Shown: positions 22,857-31,605, counted from the first letter of the stretch. The stretch is DNA of 31,605 nucleotides from a virus (IMGVR_UViG_3300032212_000110:1-31605), one strand, 5' to 3'. A program made the numbers and translations. Notes: a model not told the origin generated them from the sequence alone.

Positions 22857-25559
22857 TTAGTTCGGTATTCTTAAACACTTAAAACCTGTACCGCATGAAT
22901 CTGCCGCGCCTACTGTTACGCGGCCCAATGCCGCGTTGTCAACATCATAAATAGAAAGCGCAGTGTTGCCCGCTGTGGCGGTATCATCTAGCTGGAACCT
23001 CTGCACGTTGGCGAGATACAAGCGAAACTGATCCAATGCTCTCTGATACACAAAATAATCTTGCGAGTCATAATTTATATTTGGGTTGGCGCCATTCATA
23101 AACATTTTAAAATTGGCATCACCGCCGAAACTAGCGCCGCCCGACATGGTTCCCAATGCCTCTACACCGTCATAATGTAATTTTACAGATGGAGTGGCGC
23201 CACCGACTTCCACGCCGGTTTTATATGTTCCTACGCTATTTTTAGATCCCAAATAAACTAAACCAGAATTGCTATTAGCTCTTATATTAAAATTACCCGT
23301 TATATTGAATAAAAACGCCGATGATCCATTGTGGTAAAACTCCATGTCGTTACCGGCACCAAGGTAAACAGACTGGTTATCCCCAAGGTTTAAATTTCCG
23401 CCAAATGTCGCCGCCGTATCTGTAATTGTGAACTGGTTGGTGGTGGCGTTATCATCGATCCCGGTACTTGTAAACGTGGAAACGGTGGCCGCCGCCGGTG
23501 TCGTTGCGCCAATAACAGTGCCATCAATATTGCCGCCTGTGATTGCTACCGCCGATTCGTCATAAGCCGTGCCCGCGCTGGTTGTCTCAATCCATACCGC
23601 CGCTGTGCTGGTCGCATCTAAACACGTGTAAGCCTTATCCGCTGTTACATCAAACCAATACGATCCAACGGAATAACCAGCCCCCGTGTCGTCTGTTGCG
23701 GTGGGCACCGTGGTGGCGGTTAAGTTTTGTTTTAAATTTGGAACATTACCAAGGTTAACTTGCGTGGCTGTTACTGCGTGCGGGTTCGCGGTGTCGCTGG
23801 TGTGCGTGGTTAAGGCTGAATTGGTCGCCGCATCAACTGCAGCGATCTTGCTTGCACTCCACAATTCTGTGGCAGCCGTGCCCGCGTCATTGATTAAACG
23901 GTGTTTGGTGTCGTCGGCTATATGGGTGTCAATTTGTGTATGGGTGTTGGTGCCCGCGCCTGAAATATTTTGGTGGACGATCGCGGCTTCCGCTACGTCC
24001 AGATCTATTTCATTATTTGCGGCGTCATTCGTAACCGTTAAACGCGCACTGCCGGTATTAATGTTTTTGAATTGCAGATCTTCGGCGGCTTTCGTGTCAA
24101 AAACACCCACACCACCGGCGCCGGTGTTGCTGGCCGTGTTAACTTCACCCGATCCGCCCGCGCTGGTTGTCTCAATCCATACCGCTGCTGTGCTGGTCGC
24201 ATCTAAGCACGTGTAAGCCTTATCCGCCGTTGTATCAAACCAGTAAGATCCGACCGCGTAACCTGCGCCCGTGTCGTCTGTTGCGGTGGGCGCTGTGGTG
24301 GCGATTAAGTTTTGTTTTAAATTCGGAACATTGCCAAGGTTAATTTGTGCGGCTGTTACTGTGTGCGGGTTCGCGGTGTCGCTGGTGTGCGTGGTTAATG
24401 CTGAATTGGTCGCCGCATCAACTGCAGTGATCTTGCTTGCACTCCACAATTCTGTGGCAGCCGTGCCCGCGTCATTGATTAAACGGTGTTTGGTGTCGTC
24501 GCTGGTGTGCGTGGTTAATGCTGAATTGGTCGCCGCATCAACTGCAGCGATCTTGCTTGCACTCCACAATTCTGTGGCAGCCGTGCCCGCGTCATTGATC
24601 AAACGGTGTTTGGTGTCGTCGCCTATATGGGTGTCAATTTGTGCATGGGCGTTGGTGCCCGCGCCTGAAATATTTTGGTGGACGATCGCGGCTTCCGCTA
24701 CGTCCAGATCTATTTCATTATTTGCGGCGTCATTCGTAACCGTTAAACGTGCACTGCCAGTGTTAATGCTTCGCAATTCATGGCCGCCCGCCGTGGCGCC
24801 ATCAACAACCGAAACACCACCCACGCCAGCATTGGCCAGCGTCACTGTGTGCGGGTTCGCTGTGTCGCCCGTGTGCGTGGTTAAGGCTGAATTGGTCGCC
24901 GCATCAACTGCAGCGATCTTGCTAGCACTCCACAATTCCGTGGCACTCGTGCCCGCATCATTGATTAAACGGTGTTTGGTGTCATCTGCCAAGTGCGAAT
25001 CTTGCGCGGCACCATCTGTGGAAATGTCTCGCCCATCAACGGTGCCCGCTGTGGCCATATTTCCTGAATCATCAATAGTGATCGCGCTATTTTCTGCCAG
25101 CTTGCCGCCGGTGCCGCTAAAGCGTGCGATCGCGTTATCTGTTGAAAGCGCCGGGCCTTCGATTTTTTCATCAAGTAAAGACTGGATCGGGGTTGTTGCG
25201 GGTACGCCAAGGCCAAGGATAAAACCAAGATCGGCGGCTGTGCCTTCGGTTACGGTTACTTTGGTGCCAAGCGTTACCCGCTTGCCATCCGGGTATGTGA
25301 TCTTTATGTCATAAGTGCCAGCCTGAACCGATAAACTATAAGTGCCTGACGCGTCCAGCGTTGTGCTGGCGCTTGCGCCACGAGGCAACCCGGTGGCGCC
25401 GCCTGTTGTTGTTCGCGCCTTAAATGATAAAACGGCTGAATCCAAGCCCACACCATAAGGATCAACCAATGCGCCCGTGATCGTTCTTGCGGCCTGAACC
25501 TGCAGAGAAACCGCAAGCAATAAAAAAGCCGCAAAAGCGGCCAGTTTCTTAAATAGCAT
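22857..25559 (-). CDS. Tail fibre-like protein with an N-terminal Sec signal peptide and modular internal repeats
   Basis: After MLFKKLAAFAAFLLLAVSLQVQA comes a lambda Stf N-terminal-like domain (ITGALVDPYG...G.YSLSVQAG.Y.I), His-containing fibre repeats (H..DTANPH.VT), AITGGNIDGTVIG and a beta-rich tip. Confidence 0.85.
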   Translation of the reverse strand: MLFKKLAAFAAFLLLAVSLQVQAARTITGALVDPYGVGLDSAVLSFKARTTTGGATGLPRGASASTTLDASGTYSLSVQAGTYDIKITYPDGKRVTLGTKVTVTEGTAADLGFILGLGVPATTPIQSLLDEKIEGPALSTDNAIARFSGTGGKLAENSAITIDDSGNMATAGTVDGRDISTDGAAQDSHLADDTKHRLINDAGTSATELWSASKIAAVDAATNSALTTHTGDTANPHTVTLANAGVGGVSVVDGATAGGHELRSINTGSARLTVTNDAANNEIDLDVAEAAIVHQNISGAGTNAHAQIDTHIGDDTKHRLINDAGTAATELWSASKIAAVDAATNSALTTHTSDDTKHRLINDAGTAATELWSASKITAVDAATNSALTTHTSDTANPHTVTAAQINLGNVPNLKQNLIATTAPTATDDTGAGYAVGSYWFDTTADKAYTCLDATSTAAVWIETTSAGGSGEVNTASNTGAGGVGVFDTKAAEDLQFKNINTGSARLTVTNDAANNEIDLDVAEAAIVHQNISGAGTNTHTQIDTHIADDTKHRLINDAGTAATELWSASKIAAVDAATNSALTTHTSDTANPHAVTATQVNLGNVPNLKQNLTATTVPTATDDTGAGYSVGSYWFDVTADKAYTCLDATSTAAVWIETTSAGTAYDESAVAITGGNIDGTVIGATTPAAATVSTFTSTGIDDNATTNQFTITDTAATFGGNLNLGDNQSVYLGAGNDMEFYHNGSSAFLFNITGNFNIRANSNSGLVYLGSKNSVGTYKTGVEVGGATPSVKLHYDGVEALGTMSGGASFGGDANFKMFMNGANPNINYDSQDYFVYQRALDQFRLYLANVQRFQLDDTATAGNTALSIYDVDNAALGRVTVGAADSCGTGFKCLRIPN
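23571..24985. repeat. Nested near-identical coding repeats in the fibre gene
   Basis: 23571-24063 is repeated at 24156-24768 with an extra tandem 120-bp unit (~24378-24620); a fourth copy of that unit lies at ~24871-24985. Confidence 0.92.
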
Positions 25560-25580
25560 TATATTAAAACCTCTTTTATT

Positions 25581-27848
25581 TTAAGCCACTGTTTCTATAG
25601 ATAGCCGCACTTGATCGGGCCTTCCGCCGGGGCCGCTTCCCGGTATAAGATGGGTTTCCATCACTTCGCATTTTTTCGACACAATGCCGCCGCCAATGTC
25701 GTGCGTGTATTCAACAACATCACCGCGCTGCAAATCCGCATTACCCAAATGCGTTAAAAATTCATAAACGTCCTGCGGATCTTTAAAGTGCGAAATAATA
25801 CCGGCGGCGCTATTCGCCACCGTGGCCGCATCATTAACCTGTGAAAAAACCACCGTGCGCGAAGCATCCCGCGTGCCATAACTTGCAACCGATCCCGCAT
25901 CTTCTTGCCGCTCTGTTTTAATATACTTTTTCAGATCTTCCCGGTAGTCGTATGGCGCATCAATTTTGTTAATTATTTGCCTGCGCTGTGTTTTCTTCAT
26001 TGAAAGCGAATTGATCACCGTGTCGTTTTTTGTGATCGCTCTAACGCTGGCCGTGGCTGTGGTAGGTAAAACAGTTAGCATGGCCTTGCCTGAATCCCAA
26101 AAGAAACGCGCAAGGCTTTGCCATGCGATCGATCTGCATAGCTTGGTAACTTCAATCTGTTTGGTGATTGAAAAACCCACTTTGGTGCCAACGGGAAAAC
26201 CGGGATCGGCTGTTATGCTGGCATCAAGATCGCCCACCACAACATTGTTGGCGTGGTTTAATAAAATATGCTCGATCACTGCGTGCGGCGTTTCTATGTT
26301 ATGGCCCACAAGATCGCATGATATAACCTCGCCCAACGCCGTTTCGGCCACGCTGTTACCATCAAGATCGATCGCCCCTGCCCTATACGCATTGGATGAT
26401 GATGCTGAGATCGTGCCATCCTCTGTGTAGGAAACGCTTAACGGCGTAACCTCATAAAGCCTTGTATAGATTGACCCATAACCAACGCCGTTTTTTATTG
26501 ATATAGCCATACTGGCAACATCGGCCCAATCATTTATAGAAATATCTTTTGTTACTGTAAAATCATTTTGCGCGGTAAATTCATTAGCATAAGCCAAAAC
26601 CTGAAAGCCCCAACTTATATAGCCGTTACCTGTTGAGGTTCCGCCGGACGATTCCGTATAAAAAAGGGCGCGGATCCTTATGCTTAATTTATGCGGATCC
26701 TTTCCTGACGTACTAGAATTATAAGTAGTAAAAACATTAACAGGGTTCGAGGCCGTATTAGATCCCGAGCCTGTAAGCGTGATCTGTGTTTCGTCGTTTC
26801 CATCTATTATGTTGTTACATAATGAACCCGAACACCCTGTGACGGTTAACCCGATCCCGCCTGACGCGCTAGAATCATGCGTATGGCTTCCATTTTCTAC
26901 GGTTAAAGAATCCGCGATCGTCAAGCTTGCTTCATGCTCAAAGTATGGGCGAGCATCAAACCGCAAAAACGCGGCGCCGCCTTCGCTTAAAACCTTAGTA
27001 AACCCGGAAACAATACGAACGCCATCTATATAAACATCACCAATGGATTGCACCGGGTGATCTGCTACAAGGTATTCGTATTCGGCCTGTATCTCAATAA
27101 CCTGCGTGCCAATATCGTGCCCTGTGGCGGGTGTACTGTTTGCCCCTCGCGTGCAACCTGTTAACGTGTTGCCGGTTTTCCCTGTGTAGGTGATTTCCTC
27201 TCGATCCATTCGCACGGTGCCGCTTGACGGGAAAAAAGCCGCGTTTGTTAGTTCGATCGATGTATCCATACTTACAACATAATCAACCGCCGTGGATATG
27301 CCGCCCACATCAACCGGCTGGCACACATGCCCGCTAACTGAACCATAAACGATCGGCTTCATTTTTCCGATAGCATCAGGATCCGCACCGGCGTATTCAT
27401 CCGCCGTTAACAATTCGCCCACCATTGCGTTTTTTTGCGCTTCAATTCCTGAAACAGAAAAGGTGGCTTTTTCTAATGTGATCAATATCGGATCACTTAT
27501 CACCCCGGCAAACACTTGCTCGCGGTCGGACGCTGTTAGCCCTTCCCCATCTATAAATAGATAAATGCGGATCACACTGTCCATTTTAACAAGGCTTGAA
27601 ATATCGCTAGGCAACTGCGAAGTAGTTAGGCGGGTTTTATTAACAACGCCGCCACCACTAATGCGATCAGTGATAGCGCCAAGGCTTCCCCATTCCACGA
27701 TCCTTGGTTCGTAAGCTTGCCCGCCAACCGTGATGACATGATCAGACCAATAATACGTTGATCCGCCTGCGTCCAATTCAACTAAAAAGACCGGCTTGCT
27801 TGACGTTTTCGCCAACGCGGTGGCCATACCCGCTGTGGTTGTCCTCAC
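25581..27848 (-). CDS. Tail tip/baseplate hub protein with inserted domains
   Basis: Follows the distal tail gene; PIVYG motif, SVASYG.R and LQRGDVV C-terminal hub motifs. Confidence 0.8.
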   Translation of the reverse strand: MRTTTAGMATALAKTSSKPVFLVELDAGGSTYYWSDHVITVGGQAYEPRIVEWGSLGAITDRISGGGVVNKTRLTTSQLPSDISSLVKMDSVIRIYLFIDGEGLTASDREQVFAGVISDPILITLEKATFSVSGIEAQKNAMVGELLTADEYAGADPDAIGKMKPIVYGSVSGHVCQPVDVGGISTAVDYVVSMDTSIELTNAAFFPSSGTVRMDREEITYTGKTGNTLTGCTRGANSTPATGHDIGTQVIEIQAEYEYLVADHPVQSIGDVYIDGVRIVSGFTKVLSEGGAAFLRFDARPYFEHEASLTIADSLTVENGSHTHDSSASGGIGLTVTGCSGSLCNNIIDGNDETQITLTGSGSNTASNPVNVFTTYNSSTSGKDPHKLSIRIRALFYTESSGGTSTGNGYISWGFQVLAYANEFTAQNDFTVTKDISINDWADVASMAISIKNGVGYGSIYTRLYEVTPLSVSYTEDGTISASSSNAYRAGAIDLDGNSVAETALGEVISCDLVGHNIETPHAVIEHILLNHANNVVVGDLDASITADPGFPVGTKVGFSITKQIEVTKLCRSIAWQSLARFFWDSGKAMLTVLPTTATASVRAITKNDTVINSLSMKKTQRRQIINKIDAPYDYREDLKKYIKTERQEDAGSVASYGTRDASRTVVFSQVNDAATVANSAAGIISHFKDPQDVYEFLTHLGNADLQRGDVVEYTHDIGGGIVSKKCEVMETHLIPGSGPGGRPDQVRLSIETVA

Positions 27849-28237
27849 GCGTCCGCCTCAAGTTCAAAGCTTACGGTGTAATGCTTACCTGTTTTGTGCT
27901 GGGCTATTCTGTCGCGGATCGTGTTGTGATTAAATCGCACATCGTCGATCGTGCTTCCGCTGGGTAGTGCCACACTAAACGTGTTTTGCATAGCCACGGC
28001 TTGCGTTTCAAAAAAAGACACAAACGCATCAAAAACCGCTTGGCTAGTGATAACAAAATCACCTTTGTAATAGCGCTTATTAACACCCTTGCCATACACG
28101 AAACGCTGGCCGCCATCGGTTAAAAAGCTATTGTCATTAGACTGAAAGCCACCCGGCACCCAACCGGCGCGCGGCGAAGGTAAAACCAACGTAGTGGTGG
28201 GCGTTACCGCATCGGGATAATAGAAAGTGACAGGCAT
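27845..28237 (-). CDS. Distal tail protein (Dit/gpM-like)
   Basis: 130 aa directly after the tape measure gene; F.SFF....A....F, VRF and Y.VSFELE pattern. Confidence 0.75.
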   Translation of the reverse strand: MPVTFYYPDAVTPTTTLVLPSPRAGWVPGGFQSNDNSFLTDGGQRFVYGKGVNKRYYKGDFVITSQAVFDAFVSFFETQAVAMQNTFSVALPSGSTIDDVRFNHNTIRDRIAQHKTGKHYTVSFELEADA

Positions 28238-28238
28238 T

Positions 28239-29519
28239 TTATAAAAATCCGCCTTGCTCGGTTCCGGTGATAACAGGCTGATCGATCACGGTGATCCCGC
28301 CTATTCTTTGCGGATCATCATCTGCGCGCGTTGAATTGGCAACCACTCCGCCAGTGAAACCACCCACCACCGCGCCAACGGCTGCACCTGCTGGGCCAAA
28401 TAATGCGCCAACCTTTGCGCCACCGGCGGCGCCTGCCAAAATGCCTAAAATTTCCCGGTTTTCGCTTACCCAATTTGAGAGCCTTGTGAGGTTATCCACT
28501 GTGCTTGACACTGCACTAGAAAATGTCTCCCATGCAGCAGACAAGGTGCCATTCTCAATAGCCGTGGCCACTCTCACAACCGCATTGGCCACAATGTTGA
28601 GCCATTTATCAAGCTTTGTCTTGATCAGCCCTTCGTTGGCTTTCACCCATGCGGTTAACTCTCGCACCATCGGGATCAATACTTTCTCAATGAACGGCGC
28701 CAGTGCTTCGGTTAATGGCTTGCCCACCGTTTCAGCTAATGTGGTTAGGCTGGCATTAAGGCTGGCAACCTTGCCCTGATAGGTTTCTGTTAATTCTGCA
28801 GCGTTACCCTGAAAGGCGCTAGCTTCTTGTAAAATACCAGTATAGATCGCCGTTTTCTTTTCCGCCTCGCTCAACTGGCCCACCGTCTTGCCTATGCTGG
28901 CCGCATATTCTTTTTGCAAAACACTTAAATTTTTAGTGATACCGGCATTGTCCACCAATATACTGTTTTCGTTTTTAATCCCTTCCGTGGCGCTTATCAC
29001 CGCTTCACCAAATGAAAGCGCGCCTTGCCTGCCAAATGCGGCGGCGTCTTTAGTGGCATTAATGAGATCGATTGACTCATTAAGACCGAAACCGGAAAGC
29101 AAAAGGTTTTTTAATGCGCTGGCTGCATCTGATACGGTTAAAAGCCCATCTTCTGCCAAATCAATGGCGGCGGCCTTGGCTAGATTTGCGTTAACTACTA
29201 AACTTTCTCCGGCTTCGCTAACCACGGTGGATAAACGATCCGCCACGGCGCTTAACCCCCTTAACGCACTATCGGCTTTGTTAAATTTACCGATCGCGGC
29301 ATCAATTAGCCGCGTAGCGCCCCATGCAGTTAAAAAGCCCGTCACTAACGTGGGTAGATTAAAAAGCGTTTTTCTTAACCCGCTTAAAACCTTACCAACA
29401 CCGCGCACGCTTTTGCTTGCGCGCTTGTTGAATTTTTTAAAGCCATTGCCGACCTTGCCTAACACAAGGCTGGCTTTATCTACTGCGGCGATCACAAATG
29501 AAACCTGCTTATTGTTCAT
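28239..29519 (-). CDS. Tail tape measure protein (short, 426 aa)
   Basis: I.AVDKAS N-terminus, Ala-rich helices, GIKNENSILVDNAGITKN motif and Gly-rich C-terminal hydrophobic segment. Confidence 0.9.
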   Translation of the reverse strand: MNNKQVSFVIAAVDKASLVLGKVGNGFKKFNKRASKSVRGVGKVLSGLRKTLFNLPTLVTGFLTAWGATRLIDAAIGKFNKADSALRGLSAVADRLSTVVSEAGESLVVNANLAKAAAIDLAEDGLLTVSDAASALKNLLLSGFGLNESIDLINATKDAAAFGRQGALSFGEAVISATEGIKNENSILVDNAGITKNLSVLQKEYAASIGKTVGQLSEAEKKTAIYTGILQEASAFQGNAAELTETYQGKVASLNASLTTLAETVGKPLTEALAPFIEKVLIPMVRELTAWVKANEGLIKTKLDKWLNIVANAVVRVATAIENGTLSAAWETFSSAVSSTVDNLTRLSNWVSENREILGILAGAAGGAKVGALFGPAGAAVGAVVGGFTGGVVANSTRADDDPQRIGGITVIDQPVITGTEQGGFL

Positions 29520-29832
29520 TGTCTTGTTTTTGCCTTTGTATAATTAAGTTATCAATTAAACGCATTAGCTCGATATAAACACCGGGCTGATCGGCGTAGG
29601 TGCCGGGATTAAAAAGCCGCCCCGCTTTCCAATGGCTATATTCTCTTAAAACCGGCTCAACCTTTGCGCCAAGCCTTACCGGGCATGTATTAGAATAATC
29701 GCCCGTGACTAACAGAGTTGGAAGCTTTGCCCCGCCGTGGCACCCTCTTAGCTTTTGTTCTTCTTTGCTGCAATCGTCACAATTCCAGACAGTGCCGCCC
29801 ATTTCGACGGGGATCGACACTGCCGCTATTAG
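29509..29832 (-). CDS. Tail assembly chaperone, frameshifted (gpT-like) portion
   Basis: Lies in the -1 frame relative to the upstream ORF from the A-AAA-AAC site; CDDC..C..CP and PG...DQP motifs. Confidence 0.8.
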   Translation of the reverse strand, partial: LIAAVSIPVEMGGTVWNCDDCSKEEQKLRGCHGGAKLPTLLVTGDYSNTCPVRLGAKVEPVLREYSHWKAGRLFNPGTYADQPGVYIELMRLIDNLIIQRQKQDNEQ

Positions 29833-30293
29833 TTTTTTGTGTCGTCCTCTGTGACTTTGTTAAATGTCATCACATGATCGGATAACTCGGCCATGACGCC
29901 CCATGCGCTGATCATGTTCATTACATCATCAGGCACCACGCGTGGCGTTCCTGTTCGCTTAAATTCCAAGCCATCTAGGTTTTTAATGTCAACAACACCG
30001 TGGCGGACAAACTCAACCGCCGACAAATACGGCGTGACTTGGATCACCCTTTCACTGGCTGGGCCTGCGTTTACACCCTTCACGGCGCCATCTTGTATGC
30101 GCGCCAAATGTCGATAGGGGATCAGGCCAATTTCAAAGCGCGTGGGATCCTGGTCTTTTTTAAAAACCAAGTGGCTTTCATCAAGCGTGGCTTTGTATAG
30201 CGGCCAATTACACTGTTCAGAATCAAGATCGATCGCTGGATCGGTTTCAACAATAATGGTTATGGTGTGCTTTGCGTCAATTTTAGAAAGCAA
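29829..30293 (-). CDS. Tail assembly chaperone (gpG-like)
   Basis: Between the tail tube and tape measure genes; ends ACA AAA AAC TAA. Confidence 0.8.
   Translation of the reverse strand: MLSKIDAKHTITIIVETDPAIDLDSEQCNWPLYKATLDESHLVFKKDQDPTRFEIGLIPYRHLARIQDGAVKGVNAGPASERVIQVTPYLSAVEFVRHGVVDIKNLDGLEFKRTGTPRVVPDDVMNMISAWGVMAELSDHVMTFNKVTEDDTKN
29832..29838 (-). other. Programmed -1 ribosomal frameshift heptamer A AAA AAC
   Basis: A -1 slip continues CTA ATA GCG GCA GTG TCG into the downstream ORF. Confidence 0.85.
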
Positions 30294-30683
30294 TTAGATC
30301 ACCGTGCTAACAGTTAACGCACCGTTACCTTGTAAAGTTGCGGACGCCTCGACCATGCCGCTAAATTCGCCCTTGCGTTCAATATTAATAATAGTAGCGG
30401 TGCCTGTGTAATACTCCGATCCCGTGTCCGCGCCTTCTGGCATTATGTCAACAACGACACTGGATCCGTTCGTGATCTCGTCTTGTCCTGCATCCGCCTT
30501 ATCCCAGTACAAATTGGCTTGCGCTTCCCAGCTGTTTTGCGTTGCTTCGTGCGTCATATCGTCATCATCCATCGTGGTACTGTCTGCCGTTTCTGTCGAC
30601 TGACTTAAAGACCAATCACGAATATGTGCAACCACTACACCATCCAATCGAACCTTGCCGCCCTTACCTTTTCTTTTAGCCAT
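30294..30683 (-). CDS. Tail tube (major tail) protein
   Basis: 129 aa; WSLS...ETADST.M.D, W.A...L.WD, Y.G.A.I and TLQGNGALT motifs. Confidence 0.88.
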   Translation of the reverse strand: MAKRKGKGGKVRLDGVVVAHIRDWSLSQSTETADSTTMDDDDMTHEATQNSWEAQANLYWDKADAGQDEITNGSSVVVDIMPEGADTGSEYYTGTATIINIERKGEFSGMVEASATLQGNGALTVSTVI

Positions 30684-30695
30684 GCTCTTTGCCTC

Positions 30696-31154
30696 TTAAA
30701 TAATTGCCGTTTGTGGATCGTTTTCTTTCACGTAATAATCAGCGTTAAATCTTAAAGTTGTAATATGTAGCTCGGTTTCACCGCTGTTAATTTGTTCCGT
30801 TTCTGTTGTTGCGTATTCACAATCAACTACAATGGAATAAAGATCTAAATTCGTATCTGTTAATTTTTCTTCAATGGCTGCGGCGATCCCGTCTATTAGT
30901 TCCGGTTCGCCATCGTCAATCTGTGACACTATCTGGATCGACACTTCGACCGTGCGGCTATGTTGGCGGATCCCTTCTTCATCTGAGCTTATGCTTTCCG
31001 CGCGCGTTTCTTGGTTCGTGTAAACCAATACCGCTGGCCATTTGCTTTGATCGATAGGTAATGCGCGGGCATTAAAAACTTTTTCCTCTACTTCTTCGAG
31101 TGAGCCGCTTAACGCCTCAACCACTGCCGCTCTGATCTGCGCTCTTACGTGCAT
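30696..31154 (-). CDS. Tail terminator protein (gpU-like)
   Basis: HVRAQIRAAVV..L, VF..R, PAVLVYT..E and D.IAA.IE motifs; acidic; precedes the tail tube gene. Confidence 0.82.
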   Translation of the reverse strand: MHVRAQIRAAVVEALSGSLEEVEEKVFNARALPIDQSKWPAVLVYTNQETRAESISSDEEGIRQHSRTVEVSIQIVSQIDDGEPELIDGIAAAIEEKLTDTNLDLYSIVVDCEYATTETEQINSGETELHITTLRFNADYYVKENDPQTAII

Positions 31155-31157
31155 AGC

Positions 31158-31460
31158 CTATGCCTTTTGTTTTTTTAGTCTGACCTTGGCCAGCCTGCCG
31201 GTGCCATCTTGCTTAATGCTGCTTATTAAATAACTTGCGTTTTCAATTACGATCGCCTTGTCAACTGCGTGCATTGGAAGATCGTTGTATTCACATATAA
31301 AAACAATCTCGTTAACTGTCACATCGACAAAGCCCGCCGTAACATCAACATAGTTATGATCAATAATCCCATTTACTGTGGTTACGTTATCGATCACGGC
31401 GGCAACGCCGAACCCGTCCGCTGTGTCAAAAAATTCTGAAAGATCTTCTTCAAATGCCAT
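31158..31460 (-). CDS. Head closure/head-tail joining protein (gpFII-like)
   Basis: F.EDL..FFD..DGFG, GI.D..Y and DGTG....L motifs. Confidence 0.82.
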   Translation of the reverse strand: MAFEEDLSEFFDTADGFGVAAVIDNVTTVNGIIDHNYVDVTAGFVDVTVNEIVFICEYNDLPMHAVDKAIVIENASYLISSIKQDGTGRLAKVRLKKQKA

Positions 31461-31478
31461 GCTAAAACCTCAAAACAA

Positions 31479-31605
31479 AGCCGCCCCACCGCGGGGCGGT
31501 TTCGCTAGGTGATAATATTAAAAAAATATTATTTTTTACTTTCTTGCTTGCCTTCTTTCTTGCTTTCTTTCTTTGGCTTAATTTTATCTTGCAGTTCTTT
31601 CATGT
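31479..31605. repeat. Terminal direct repeat (copy 2)
   Basis: Identical to 1-127. Confidence 0.95.

Noticed and set aside
23571-24985. Fibre repeats as a diversity-generating retroelement or invertible cassette
   Set aside because: No reverse transcriptase or invertase is present, both copies are in-frame coding and direct, and differences are not adenine-specific on inspection.
23686-25314. Long plus-strand ORFs (176 and 347 aa)
   Set aside because: Antisense shadows of the Ala/Thr-rich fibre gene with no independent motifs.
28291-29547. Plus-strand ORFs of 162 and 219 aa
   Set aside because: Antisense shadows of the tape measure gene.
31479-31605. 127-bp terminal repeat as a biological direct terminal repeat
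   Set aside because: The length matches a common assembler k-mer, it cuts through a gene, and the gpA-type terminase with a cos-like site implies cohesive ends elsewhere.
1-31605. Stop-codon reassignment
   Set aside because: Core genes are full length and densely packed under the standard bacterial code.

Overview
This looks like a complete, circularly permuted ~31.5 kb temperate lambdoid siphophage genome. Bases 1-127 repeat exactly at 31479-31605 (probably an assembler overlap), giving a unit length of 31,478 bp. The host is probably a Gram-negative proteobacterium (inference). The minus-strand late operon runs from a late promoter/terminator pair (~8150/8080) through a gpZ-like gene, cos (~6910), terS, terL, gpW-like, lambda-type portal and a fused protease-capsid gene. 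It then crosses the window junction to head closure, tail terminator, tail tube, G/GT chaperones with a -1 frameshift, a short tape measure, distal tail, hub, tail fibre, holin, M15 endolysin, a lipoprotein, a DnaQ exonuclease and an alpha/beta hydrolase. The early region holds a cI/cro switch with a shared TTACAC-N5-GTGTAA operator, a CII-like gene, a replication initiator with GATC-bearing iterons, a Dam-family methyltransferase, an acyl carrier protein, VRR-NUC and Q-like genes, and a large serine recombinase with a tRNA-fMet-like candidate attP in its own 3' end. The most striking signal is that the 900-aa tail fibre and the gene directly after it both begin with clear Sec-type signal peptides, and the fibre ends in a Cys pair. 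This suggests an exported, periplasmically folded fibre system. All family assignments are from motif recognition by eye; no database searches were run.
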